A stretch of DNA of 64,000 nt from Hydrolagus affinis (lineage: Eukaryota): the NCBI GenBank assembly GCA_012026655.1, contig JAAILG010000145.1, positions 62,001 through 126,000 on the forward strand, in the 5' to 3' direction. Every line of letters begins with the position of its first letter. Position 1 is the stretch's first letter. The translations under genes were made by a program, and so were the position numbers. A model generated the notes under the pieces. It saw only the letters and a program-made list of their open reading frames with translations, searched no databases and was not told the origin of the DNA. Shown here one piece after another: positions 38,501-50,500 of this stretch.

Positions 38501-41500
38501 GGTGACGAGGAGGTGGCCAGACCCAGTAGAGAAAAGGCAACGGGTACTGTTATGAGGAGAGAGGAGGTCAAGAGAGGTAGGAGGTTGCAGAGGAGTGGAG
38601 GGATTTGAAAACAAGTGTGAGGATCTTGAAATCGATCCACTCTGAGACAGGGAGCCAGTGAATTCTGACAAGGACTGGAGTAATCAGGAAGCAAAGTTTG
38701 ATTCGGGTGAGAATGCGGGCTGCGGAAGTTTGAATAACCTGGATTTTATGAATGGTGGCGGAGGGGAGACCGGCGGAGGGGAGGCCGATATAATACCCCA
38801 CTCGTCTTACAAACACAGGCCTTAATAACCAGGTTAATGCTTCCGCACAAATTGTGGAATCCAAAGAAATACACCTCTGACAGCACTTCACAGACTAGTG
38901 CTTGAGCACAGGTTCCTGATTTGGCACTTGAATTGACCACCTTTGTAACCTCCAGTCCATCATTTTGTTGAGCTGCTAGGGCACTTGGATTCAATGTTTA
39001 GTACAATTTAAAATTCAGCTGTGCACCACAGCTCACTAAGCCACAGGCTACAGATATTACTGTGAATTCCGATACGTTCATCTGTGCCTTTAAATAGTCT
39101 TACAAACATGCCGATGCTGCTTCTGGGACTGTACAGGAAGACAGTAGCTAAACCTACTTCCTCTTTTTGGGGGAGCCTGCAGTATTCAAAATTCGATCGA
39201 ATCGAACAATATTTCCTCACTCAACACACAGTCTCAGGACCCAAGCCTTGGATCTTGACAACCTTCCCTAATACGTTTCTGGAATTCAGTAAGCGGGATG
39301 GGTGCCTCCAGGAAGAGAGTGGGCTTTCCATTCCAACAAATCTATCTCTGGAGTCTCCATGTGCAAGGGCGATGCATGGAATTCTCAGTTCGGTTCTCTG
39401 AAGCGTGGGTTTCCACATGCGATAGACAACCGGCTGATTCATTTACTACCAAAGTAAAAATACAGATCTATTGGCTTCTTAGTATTTGGACATATTGTAC
39501 AGTATAGGGAAAGTGAAAAAATGTCACTGGAATTGGAGTGACAGCAAAAGTAGCGTGCTTTGTAACGCCAACTTGTGAAATAAGTCTTCGTCGATCAATT
39601 TTATTCAATTGGACATCAGAGCCGATCTCAATCATGGCTCAAAGAATGGGAGACAGAGAGAGAACGAGAGAGAGAGAGAATCAAAAGAGAAACAGAAGAG
39701 GGAAGAAAAAGGCCTCCACAGAAACAAGAGCACAAAGAAAACAAGCGAACCCACGGAAGGAAAGTGCAAACAGCAGCATGAAGAAGCGAGAACCAATTGG
39801 AGGTCGGAGGCATGTGGTAATTATAGCACAGCCCCAGATTACACCAAAACCATATAGTGTACACAAAAAACATACAGTTCGGAAATTCATTGTTTATACA
39901 GAAAAAAAGAACAAAAGGGCGATTTGCAAGGAAAGTGCTCTGGGAGGCTTGGATTAAGCCCATATTTACTAGCCTTTCCTCATACAGAAATAAACAGTCC
40001 AAAGTTTGACAGTAAAAGGCTGGGAGGATCTTAAGGAAGCTGTGATTAGCAGTGTAATACCCCAAACTGAGGGGGATTTTGAATTTTTAGAGCTTATTTT
40101 CCTCATTGCTATCACTCGGCTTACAAGCGAGAAACCTGGGTTCAATTCCCAGCAGGGATAAACCTTGGGCAAGTTTCCTTACTCCACATGCTTAATAATA
40201 ATCCCTCCAAAAAAAAACAATAATAATTTGGTCACACAGTTCATAACTGTTTGTGGGACACTGCTATATCAAATGTAAGGATTATTATTATTATTATTTA
40301 TTATCTTGAAAAATGCAGATGTATGATGAGGGTCAGGGACACATTTGGCTGCAATGTTCCTGTGGCAAAGGGGGGGCAGACACTCACTGCCATATAAGAA
40401 AGAAGGTATGACCACTTTCGCAATACACAGAAGTGCCTCCAATGCAGAAGTGACCCTATTCTGAGCATGTAAAATGTGAGGGGTGGGAGAAAGAGAGGCA
40501 AACCAATTAAGAAATTAGAAAACAATGAAATGGACATTACAGTAACACTATTTTAAGTTGAAACTATGTATGGTTCCCACCACACCCATGTCTGAAAAGA
40601 GCCGAGACTTGGGACAGGAAATCCTGCATTTAAGGTTTTGTGAAAATATCTAACAGTATTCAAACAGCAATGTTCACAGATGAAGATTCTGGTACGAGAA
40701 GAGTCCTCAACTTGCCAAATTGTAAAGCAACTGATCGTTCCATTAAAAAGAACATCACTTCAGCACCTTTTTTTTTCTTTGACCAAAATAGGTTTTTCTA
40801 CATATCTTAATGCCCCACACACGCAATAGATTCCTGTTTATTTAGATGAGGCTCTCAGACTATCTTCACTCAGAAATGCACACTTCACTGAAGAACCTAT
40901 GGCAGGGTGGCAATGGACTATAATAACCAGCCACCAAGGTGAGATTCCAACAGTGTCTATACCATCTGTAGCAAGTTCCAAGAAATCAAGGTTGAAAATT
41001 ATCTTTGGTGAGGATATGTGGCAGGAGACCTAAATTGTGGCTCCTGCTAAGCAGGCGAAAGAAAGAATTGATCAGTTCTCAATGACTATTGTCTGCAAAA
41101 AAAAGTCTACACTAAATAAATGATGTTGTTTATGTTATGAAATTATGTTTTTGGATGTAATAAGACACCCGAAAAATAAAATGATTTCCTTAATGAAACG
41201 CAGCTGAAGGCAATAGAAATGTGGTTCTCATCTTGAAAGTTCAAGAGCGTACTATGGTTCCCTGTATGACAAACTGGTTTTAGAAAAAGGTAATTTTATT
41301 TCAGTGTGTTGTTGTTCTGCATATCTGAGATAAGACTCCCACTGGCCTATTTTAATCTTTTCAAAACAGATAAAACCCCCAAGACCATTTGTACATTCCA
41401 CACAGCAGAATGAACAGTGGAACTTATTCAGGCATAAGACTTCACTTTTTAAACTGTTCTGTTTTGGCAAATCACCCATAGAGATGAATAACGTCATCAA

Positions 41501-44500
41501 GTCCCGTAAACATCACGCAAAAGTAAATGGGTTCAAGTTATAATAATAATAATAATCCTTGCATTTGATATAGCGCTTTTCATGTCTTCCAGACTTCAAG
41601 GGGTTTCAGTGAATATACCGTAAAGTGAATTAATTGTATTTTTTTGTGGGGAGTGGAGGAAACACGGCAGCCAATTATGCACAGCAGTGTCGCACAAACA
41701 CTTGTGGATTGAGTGACCAACTTATTAATTCAGACAATATTTGTCACCCAGTTACAATTTACATGATCAAAAAGGAGGGTCTGGAGATGGGCCTTGATAT
41801 AGGCAATGGCGTGGGAGTGGCAAAGGGACTGTGGCAAGGGTGGGAGGGCAGAGAGAAATGTTAGCCAGGAAAAGTTTGTGGAGAAATTCTCTTTCCTCCA
41901 ACTCAAATCAACAGGCCCTCACTCACCATGCGCATTTTCTCCAGTTCGACTTGTTTATCTTCATTGGCCAATTGCAGCTCCTTCATCCTCCGCTCGATCT
42001 CCTCCTGTTCAGCCTGCAGTCTCTGTCGCTGGCCTCGACGTTTCAGCTGTCCTTCTTTGTGGGGCGGGAGTCTGCTGTCTCTCACCAGGTTGATAGCTGT
42101 TTGAATGCCTATTCGAAACACACCGAGGTTAGAAAACCCAAGACATGGCACCCCCCAAAAAAAGAAACTGTTAAAAAGTAGGCACTGTGCACAATTGAAA
42201 AAGCCACGGAAATGTCAGCAAAAGCATTATAATTCTAAATTTGTTGCCGCATTTCGCCCACAATTGGGCACAGCTGCAATGCCACCATGGCTTAACAACA
42301 AGGCAAAACACACACTGATGGTTTCCACATGGAGAAAGGTTTACTGGAGTAAGACATTGAAAGGAAAGTGGCATCTTTCAGTGAAATAATATCTCCTGTG
42401 GATAGGAGGGAGGGAGGGAGGGAGGGAGAAGGAAACATTCAGATGAGAAAAGAATTGGGACAAAATAATCCATTGCCTCTTCTCAATCACATTTTTGTTC
42501 TGTTACCCTAACCTGGTAATCCTATGCTCCAAAGTCATACCAAACAGAGAACGGTGAAGATATTTAAAGACAAAGTGGTTCAAATGGATTTGAAAAGCGG
42601 ACAACATAATGTACTGTGACTGGTATGAGGTTACTGTAGTTAAAATATTTTATGTTATTATACTTCAGTCAATGCTTTATTTCACAGAGGATAATAATGT
42701 AACTGCTTTCTTTTTATGGGTCAGCTGAGTATCAGATATGAGAAAACCCATCACCGATCTTTAGAGTATTCAAACTAGATAAGAGTTCCTCATATATAAT
42801 ATATATGTACATGAAAATTTCCATGGGGCTGGACTACGAGTGTATTTGATTTAGCACCTTTCACATCTTTGAGACATCTCAAAGCACTTCACAGGATATA
42901 TTGTAAAGTGAGAGTTTGGAATAAATACAGTATTTTATGAGCGAAACATGTACTTAGTCTAAGGAGAACATCACTTCCAACAACTGACACAAGCAAATGA
43001 AAGCGAGCACAAATCACCCTTACCTTGGATCCATTCTTGCTTTTTCTTTTTATCTGGTGCACTGATCTCAAAAGTCTTATCTGAGCACTTTACCAGCAAC
43101 AGACATTTCTTTCCATCTTTATCCGGTAAGGACTAAAAAGAAATCAATCACATTAGCTATTGCAAACTCTCGGACTTTGACCTTCCTTGATTTGCAGAAT
43201 TATTTTATATTAGCTCTTCAGATTTTAAGATGAGGAGAAACCACAACCTCGGATATAACCAGAACTTGCAATACTTCCCATTAAAGACAGTGTTACAAAG
43301 TGTATCATGGGTCAACAGGAAAATTGTAGCAAACAAAGATCGTGTTAAACGGGATCTTTATAAACAGGAACAGACTGTAGCAAACGGACATCTTTTATCC
43401 CACATAAACCAAAACATTCTGAGCAGATCACCAGAATAACAGCAATGGGTTAGGATAAGAGGAACCTAAATCCCAAAGCAGTATCATCAATTATAATTGG
43501 TATTATATTTAACAGGCTTATATGTATGTCTCAGGGTTTACAGCCAATAATATACATTATTACTTTTTTTAAAAAACACAGACCGACAAATAGTTGGCAG
43601 TCTTTCGGGCTCTGTCAGAGCCTCAACATGATTAACTTCTGAGGAGGTCGGGAGAATGGGAAAACGAAAGAACACAAAGTCAAACCTAAAATGCAACCTG
43701 TATTAATAAACCATTGCAAGTCTTAACCCAACCCTTCAATTTCAAATATTAGAGCACTGTTTAAACAAATAATTCCATCAGATGGGAATAGGTGTGGGTT
43801 AAGGTATTGGTGTGTTGAATTTGTTCTGCCAGATCATTATATCCTAGCAGTTCTTATCGTTTCAATTGTATGTATGCACCAGTAATGTGCGGATGAAAAA
43901 TGTAAAAATCTTTAAGAAAATGTCCACTTGTTCTGAATTCGTCTCAGAAGGAAGAGTTTCCTCTTTCCTCGTCAATTCTCTTTATTATTTTAACTACCCC
44001 AATCTCTCCTCTGTTTGAGCAAATGATCCACATCTCCAACTCTCAACTAAATGCCCCACCTGCATTTTACACAAGTATTGAACAACTTCCTTGCTTTCAG
44101 GTACCGGACGTCTGGTAATAAAACCTAGTATTTTAATAGCCTTTTTCATTGCTTTCTGCATCGAAACCTAACTCTTACTTAGTGTCTCATGAACAAGAAG
44201 CTTACATATTAAAAAATAATAATAATCCTTACATTTCGATATAGAACTTTTCATGTCTTCTAGATGTCTCAATGCGCTTCACAGAATATACTGTGAATGA
44301 CTGTATATTTGTGGGCGAAACGCAGCAGCCAAATTGCACACAGCAGTGTCCCACAAACTGTCGTGGATTCAATGATCAAATTATTATTGGGGGGTTTTCT
44401 GGTGGGATAATTATTGGGCATATGGAGTTATGAAATTTGCCCAAGGTTTCCCCTCCCGGGAATCGAACCCAGGTCTGTTGTTAGTGAGGCATGAGCTCTA

Positions 44501-47500
44501 ACCACTGTGCTTCAGGACTCCACTGTGTGTGTCTCTATGTGTGTCTCTCTGTATATGTGAGTGTCTGTGTGTCTCTATGTCAGTGTGTGTGTGTGTGTGT
44601 GTTTGAGTGTATATCTTGCTTTCTGTGTGCGTCTCTCTCTCTGTTTGTGAGTGTGTGTGCAAGCACACGCATGTGTGTGTACACACAGGTACTGGTTTTC
44701 TTCACTGGGTAGAACAGCGAAGTAAACTGAAGTCCATTGTTTCCCCAAGAATGGTTTTAAATAGTGTATATCTCAAATCCCTGACTGTCCAGTGCCTTGG
44801 GACGTCCATCTAACATGCAAGGTACTATATAAATATAATGTGTTGCTGTTTTACTTCCCTTTTCCTATTTCTCATTTGAAGTACTTAAGATGTGAGCGGC
44901 AGGTAGAGAATAAATATCAACTCATAAATCTGAATTTGGGACATAACAGATTCAGCAAAAATGGAAAAAATACTTTCAATCGGGGGGTGTTTTGTGTGCA
45001 TTTGTTTAGGAATCAGTACAAATGTTAGGTCCGTTTACCTCCACATAGCAGTTAGTGCTCAGAACGATATCCCCTTTCTTCTCCTTCAGATCTTCGCTGA
45101 CGTAATATGAAATGATGTCAGGTTTCAACACAAACCAACGCTCAGTCCAGTTCTTCCTTTTGTGCCCTTTTTTCCACATGTAACCCTGCCCAGAAGAGAG
45201 AGCATCATTCATTTGAACAAGCAGTCAACCAAAACGCACAATAGCACAAGCACTGACATCAGTGGCTCTGCGCCAAATTAGACACTAAATTCAGGGAATT
45301 TACAATCTAAACTGAGGTAGAGTTGGAGGGGGAAATCAGTGACCTCCACCACAGCAGCCAACACTCATTCAAGTGAATACAAAACATGAGTTCAAAAAAA
45401 ACCCTGCTGTTTTGCCTTGCTCACATCATTAAAATTGAGTGGAAGCATAAACTACAAACCTCCTGAAGTTGTCCTTGGGATTAAATTATTTTGCATCTTT
45501 GTCCCTGTGTTCAAAATGGTTATCAGCCATTTTACCACAACAATACATGCACTGGCCCAGAGAAAGCTCACCAGGGAAGGACAGAAAATGACTCCTCTGA
45601 AGTTTTTTCTATCACTTGTGCACAACAATTGTAGTGTGGCTAAATAGCACGCATACATACTACAATAGTTTCTCTGTACTCAACACAAATAGTCACAACC
45701 GAAAGGTGAGATCAGGCAAATCAGTAGCACACCACCTTGAAAGTGCTCAGACAATTAGTGTGAATGCTAACGCAATCGTAACACTTCTGGAAGACTTTTA
45801 TCAAGTCAAACTTTACAAGTATCTTAAAAAAGAAAATTTACCTAATCAGTTCGTTAAGACTATGGCAACAGATAATTCCGTGTGTTTGTTTCCTTATGAC
45901 CTTCACCAAACCACAAACTGCAAATTGCATTTATCTAAGCGCCTTTCACGTCAGCAAGTAAAACTTTACAATGATCCCTGACAGAAAATTCACCTGAACA
46001 GTTCCTTGCACTACGACAACAGCTAAAAACTGCTATTCATGTGCGTGTTTTCTTTGGATTCAAGTGCACAAGTATTTTTCCTTCCCCCACCCCCCACCCC
46101 CACAACAGATCGAAAAGATCCAAAGTCCAGTTTACTCAGTAACTTTACGCTCCTTATACATCTGCAAAACAGATTGGGCAAACCTCACCATCAATTACCC
46201 TAAAATTTGCCACCTACGTGAGACAGGTGCTCACACTCACGGTTTAAAGGATTAGTTACTTTTTTTTGGCAGGCAGCCTTCCCCAAAGTAAACACGCAAA
46301 GCATTCAATGTGCTGGTATACAGAGGTTTCGTTCATAATCCCTTCATAATCCCTCCGCCCCCACCCCCAACCACCCTAACTCTCGCGCCAACCAACCTGC
46401 TCTACTGCTTCTCAACTGTGGTAACCTTAAACTATTAAATGTTAATCCTCAGAAACAGGGAGAAGAAATTAGGTGGAGTGTTTGGCAGGAGGCGCAGCAC
46501 AGCACAGGAGGGTGACAGATCGGGCAGCCTTTCTTTTCCTGTTGTGAAGATCTGGCAGGAAAGTTCCCCCATTAACTATTACTGGCTCTAACCAATTTTT
46601 GTTCAAATTCTGAATGCTGGAGTTCCCGAGGTAGAAATAGTCACTGTATTTAGCCCTTGCCCTCCGCTATCAACCCAGAACTGAAGGTCACGCAGGTGCA
46701 ATCATTGTTACAGGGCTGGTTTAATCAGTCAGATTTCCTAATTAAGTGACTGGTTTAATCAGTCAGATTTCCTGATTAAAGTGACTGGTTTAATCAGTCA
46801 AATTTCCTGATTTGAGGATTGCAGATATTGGCACTATATGCTTTTAAATTTTAAACACAGCACAGTCGGGATCAGTCTCTTGTTTGTTCCTGTAGCGGAT
46901 TTGAGGTTATCCAACCATGTCAAAAGACAAAACACAACTCAGTGAGAATTCTCCCTCCCTAGACAAGCACAAAAAGAGTGGGAATTGGAATCTAATCATG
47001 CTATAGTCCTTCACATAATGGAAATAATATCCTTGCATTTGATATAGCATTTTTCACATCTTCTAGATGTCTCAAAGCGCTTCACACAACTTACTGCAAA
47101 TTGACTATATATTTGTGGGCAAAACAAGGCAGCCAGTTGCACACAGCAGTGTCCCCACAAACACTCGTGGATTGAAAAGACAATTTTTTTTTGAGGGATT
47201 ATTATCAGGCATGTGGAGTAACAAAACTTTTGCTCTGCCTGGAATCGAACCCAGGTCTCTCACTTGTAAGGCGAGTGCTCTAACCACTGAGCTACAGGAA
47301 ATGTTTGATTGGAGGCATGGAGCATTATTTTATGCAGTTCTACAGGGATCAGCGCCTTGGGACATCCTCCTGATGTGAAAGGCGCTATACAAATGTAATT
47401 TTGTTGTTGCTGTTTGTTGATCAGTTTTGGGATTGTTCTCGCGATAGTTATTTTGTGACATATTGGGCACTTTAATTACAAATCAGTGCCATAATAGAAA

Positions 47501-50500
47501 CTATGGTATATGTGCTGTACTGCTGGGAGTTGGGCTTAGGGAATGAGTTTGTGAAGGAAGTCAGGGTTTAATAAAAATGGATGGATGAATCTAATTTGTT
47601 TTTGTTGGGAGGAAACAGGGGGAATTTGATGACCAGCAGCAACAAAGTCCACAATAGGATCGGTCGAGTACATAGGCAAGTTCGCTCGTTGCCGTTTGCT
47701 TGTTTCATGATTTCTTATGTTCCTAATTCTGTGGCTGATAACTGTTTTTAACAGCAATGGCTCTGTTGATAAAAACTTCCCAATGCACACATTCTTTTGC
47801 AAGGCTAATCTCACTTCCCGATATGACTGAAGTAACAGCGTGAGGAACACAAGACCACAATCTATGCTCGCAGCAAATTTTAGGCAATGTTTGCTATTTC
47901 CCTCCCATGACTCACAACAGTGATTAAATATTTGCATATTTAAAGAGAGCAAAATAAAACAAATCGGAAGACTAAAGTCTGTAATCAGAGATATGCTCAA
48001 ATGGTTTGGGCATGTTTCAAAGCAAATCCGATTTTTTTTAACGTTCCTTTAAGTACACAAATACTTAAGTGCTTAAAGTGGCTTTGAAAAGAATGAAGGA
48101 TAAACCACTTGATTTAAAACACACCCTGTAGTAATAATAATGTGATTCATTACCCATTACCTAGTTACGGTATCAAATTCCTGGAGTTCGTCAGCAACAA
48201 CCTCAAGAACAAATATTTTTAAATAGTTCGCAACCCAATGAGATTAAAATTCCTTATAAGCAAATTTACCAATAAGATGCAAATGTGATTGCTTTTGCTA
48301 ATTTCCATTTAATATGCTTACTTCCAGATTCCTTAACTTCTTCCACTTCATAGCTGAGCAGTTCTGCCCTCACCCAATGGCTACACAATCATTAACCAGA
48401 CAAAGACCGTGGATTGTATTTTGACCTGTGTCTACAGGTCCGTTCACACTAGGACTGTGGCTTTGTCATCTGACAATATTTGTTTACTTTGAGAACGAGC
48501 ACGTGAAACAAGAGCTTTTCTCACCTGCTTCATGACATCCAAGATAAGCTCATGGTAAACTTCATCAATTGCCATGGACAGGGTCTGTCCGTTCATGCCT
48601 TTAGAGAAAAGCCCAGAGCCAACTAGCTCGATGAACCGCCACACCGAAAGCCCATATTGCTTTGGGCCAAGCTTCTCCTTGTAGTCTTCAAATTGTTCTT
48701 GTTGCCAGTTAACTCCCATGGCTTCAGTCAGCTTTTGAAGGAAGTATTCGATCTGGAGAATGACATCAAGAATGAACACAAGATTAGCACTGTAGAGAGA
48801 AAAGGAGAAACTCCCCAGAACTGATTTCTTAAGTCAGCAATATAATAATAATAATCCTTGCATTCAATATAGCGCTTTTCACGTCTTCTAGATGTCTCAA
48901 CGCGCTTCACAGTATATACTGTAAAGTGAATTGACTGTATTTGTGGGTGAAACACGGCAGCCAATTGTGCACAGCAGTGTCCCCCAAACAGTCGTGGATT
49001 GAAATGACCAATTTTATTATTGTGTTTTTCTTTGAACGGATTATTATGAACACACACAATGTGTGATACTTTTTTTTAATAAGAGTAACATTTTCATTGT
49101 CTCCATTAAAAGCATTTTACAATTGTAATTTCATAGATGGATAATTGATTCCATATTTATGCCTTCAACTCCAGAAACTCTACATTAAGATATGAGTTAG
49201 GCCGACAGTCACTAAACCTGACAGGAGCTATTTATGAAATGCTCATCAACATTGGGACATGATGGGTTCTATCAATATGCAAACCCATAAACTGCACTAC
49301 TTCCCAATAACTTTGCACAGAATCTTCATCATCACTGCACTAACTTTGCCATTTAAAATACAAACTGAGCTATACTATTTGAGAAAAAATATAAAGGGAC
49401 GAGAGGTTAATTCAAAGATATTCGAAGGTTCTGATATTCCAAGTCCTGCCGACAAGCCAGGCTGGCTGCTGTGTCATCGGCAGTGTCCTGCGTACCAGTT
49501 CACATCTTAGGAGACGCCACTTAGTTCCCCACTGAAGGAAGATAATCACGAGTCATTTGACATCAATTATAAGTTTGAACTCTCACAAGGTGGAAAAAAA
49601 TCTTGATATCTTCTCTGTAAATAGTGCAGCTCAGCATGTGAGAGCATTGCCTCCATCCTTCTGCTCAGATACACATCCCCATTTTTTTTATATTAAAAGA
49701 AAAATTAGGACTGCCTTCAAGAGCAAACACAAGCATCAATAGAAAGCAATTGGATAAAACATTTGGCCAAAAGCTTAGTTGATGTAAAGCTTGGAAGTGA
49801 GTGATGAATGTAATGAATATAAAGCATTGCAAGTTGGAGCCTCAGGATTCTCAGGAACACCCAATTGTAAGAAATCTCAAGGGCTCATTTTAAGGAAATG
49901 GCTTGCTTCCTGTTTCAAGTGCATGATTACGCATAACCCAAGATGCAGTTGGTACTTCATTATAAAGAGGAAACTGCAATAGCATAAGTCAGACTAAGTG
50001 ACGTTATTGGCCTTTTGTTTTCAGAGGGAGGGAAAACCGTGTAAGGTTTCCTTATCATCAGGTCTATAGCCTGTTTTTCTCATTCTTTAGCTATGGTTTG
50101 TTTTGGAGAAAATCTGCAAATATTAGATGAAATATTTGCACTAGTATTTGTACAAGTACTTTCATCTTAAGAAGATACTGATCCTGTTTCTTTTATGGGC
50201 CTAGTCTGATATTGTGCGCAATTGGCCGTCACGGTTCTCCCGCAAAATATACAGTCAATTCACTTTGCAGTATATTCTGTGAAGTGCTTTGAGATGTCTC
50301 GGAGATGTGATAAAGCGCTGTACCTAATTCAAGGATTATTAATATTATTGGGTATAACACAGCCTTCTAAGCATTTTTAAGTAATGGACAATGACTGGTA
50401 ACATTACTATGAAATGGGAAGCCAGCTACTATTCTAGAATACACTTTGAAGTTTGTTTATTGAGGAAATGGTACATTTAATCTGAGCTGTACAGTCACCA

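Noticed and set aside
39538-40065. Lys/Arg-rich and Phe/Leu-rich ORFs on both strands
   Set aside because: A consequence of purine/pyrimidine strand skew and (GA)n repeats, not evidence of coding.
46716-46812. CRISPR-like repeat array
   Set aside because: Units are contiguous with no unique spacers, and the context is a eukaryotic intron.
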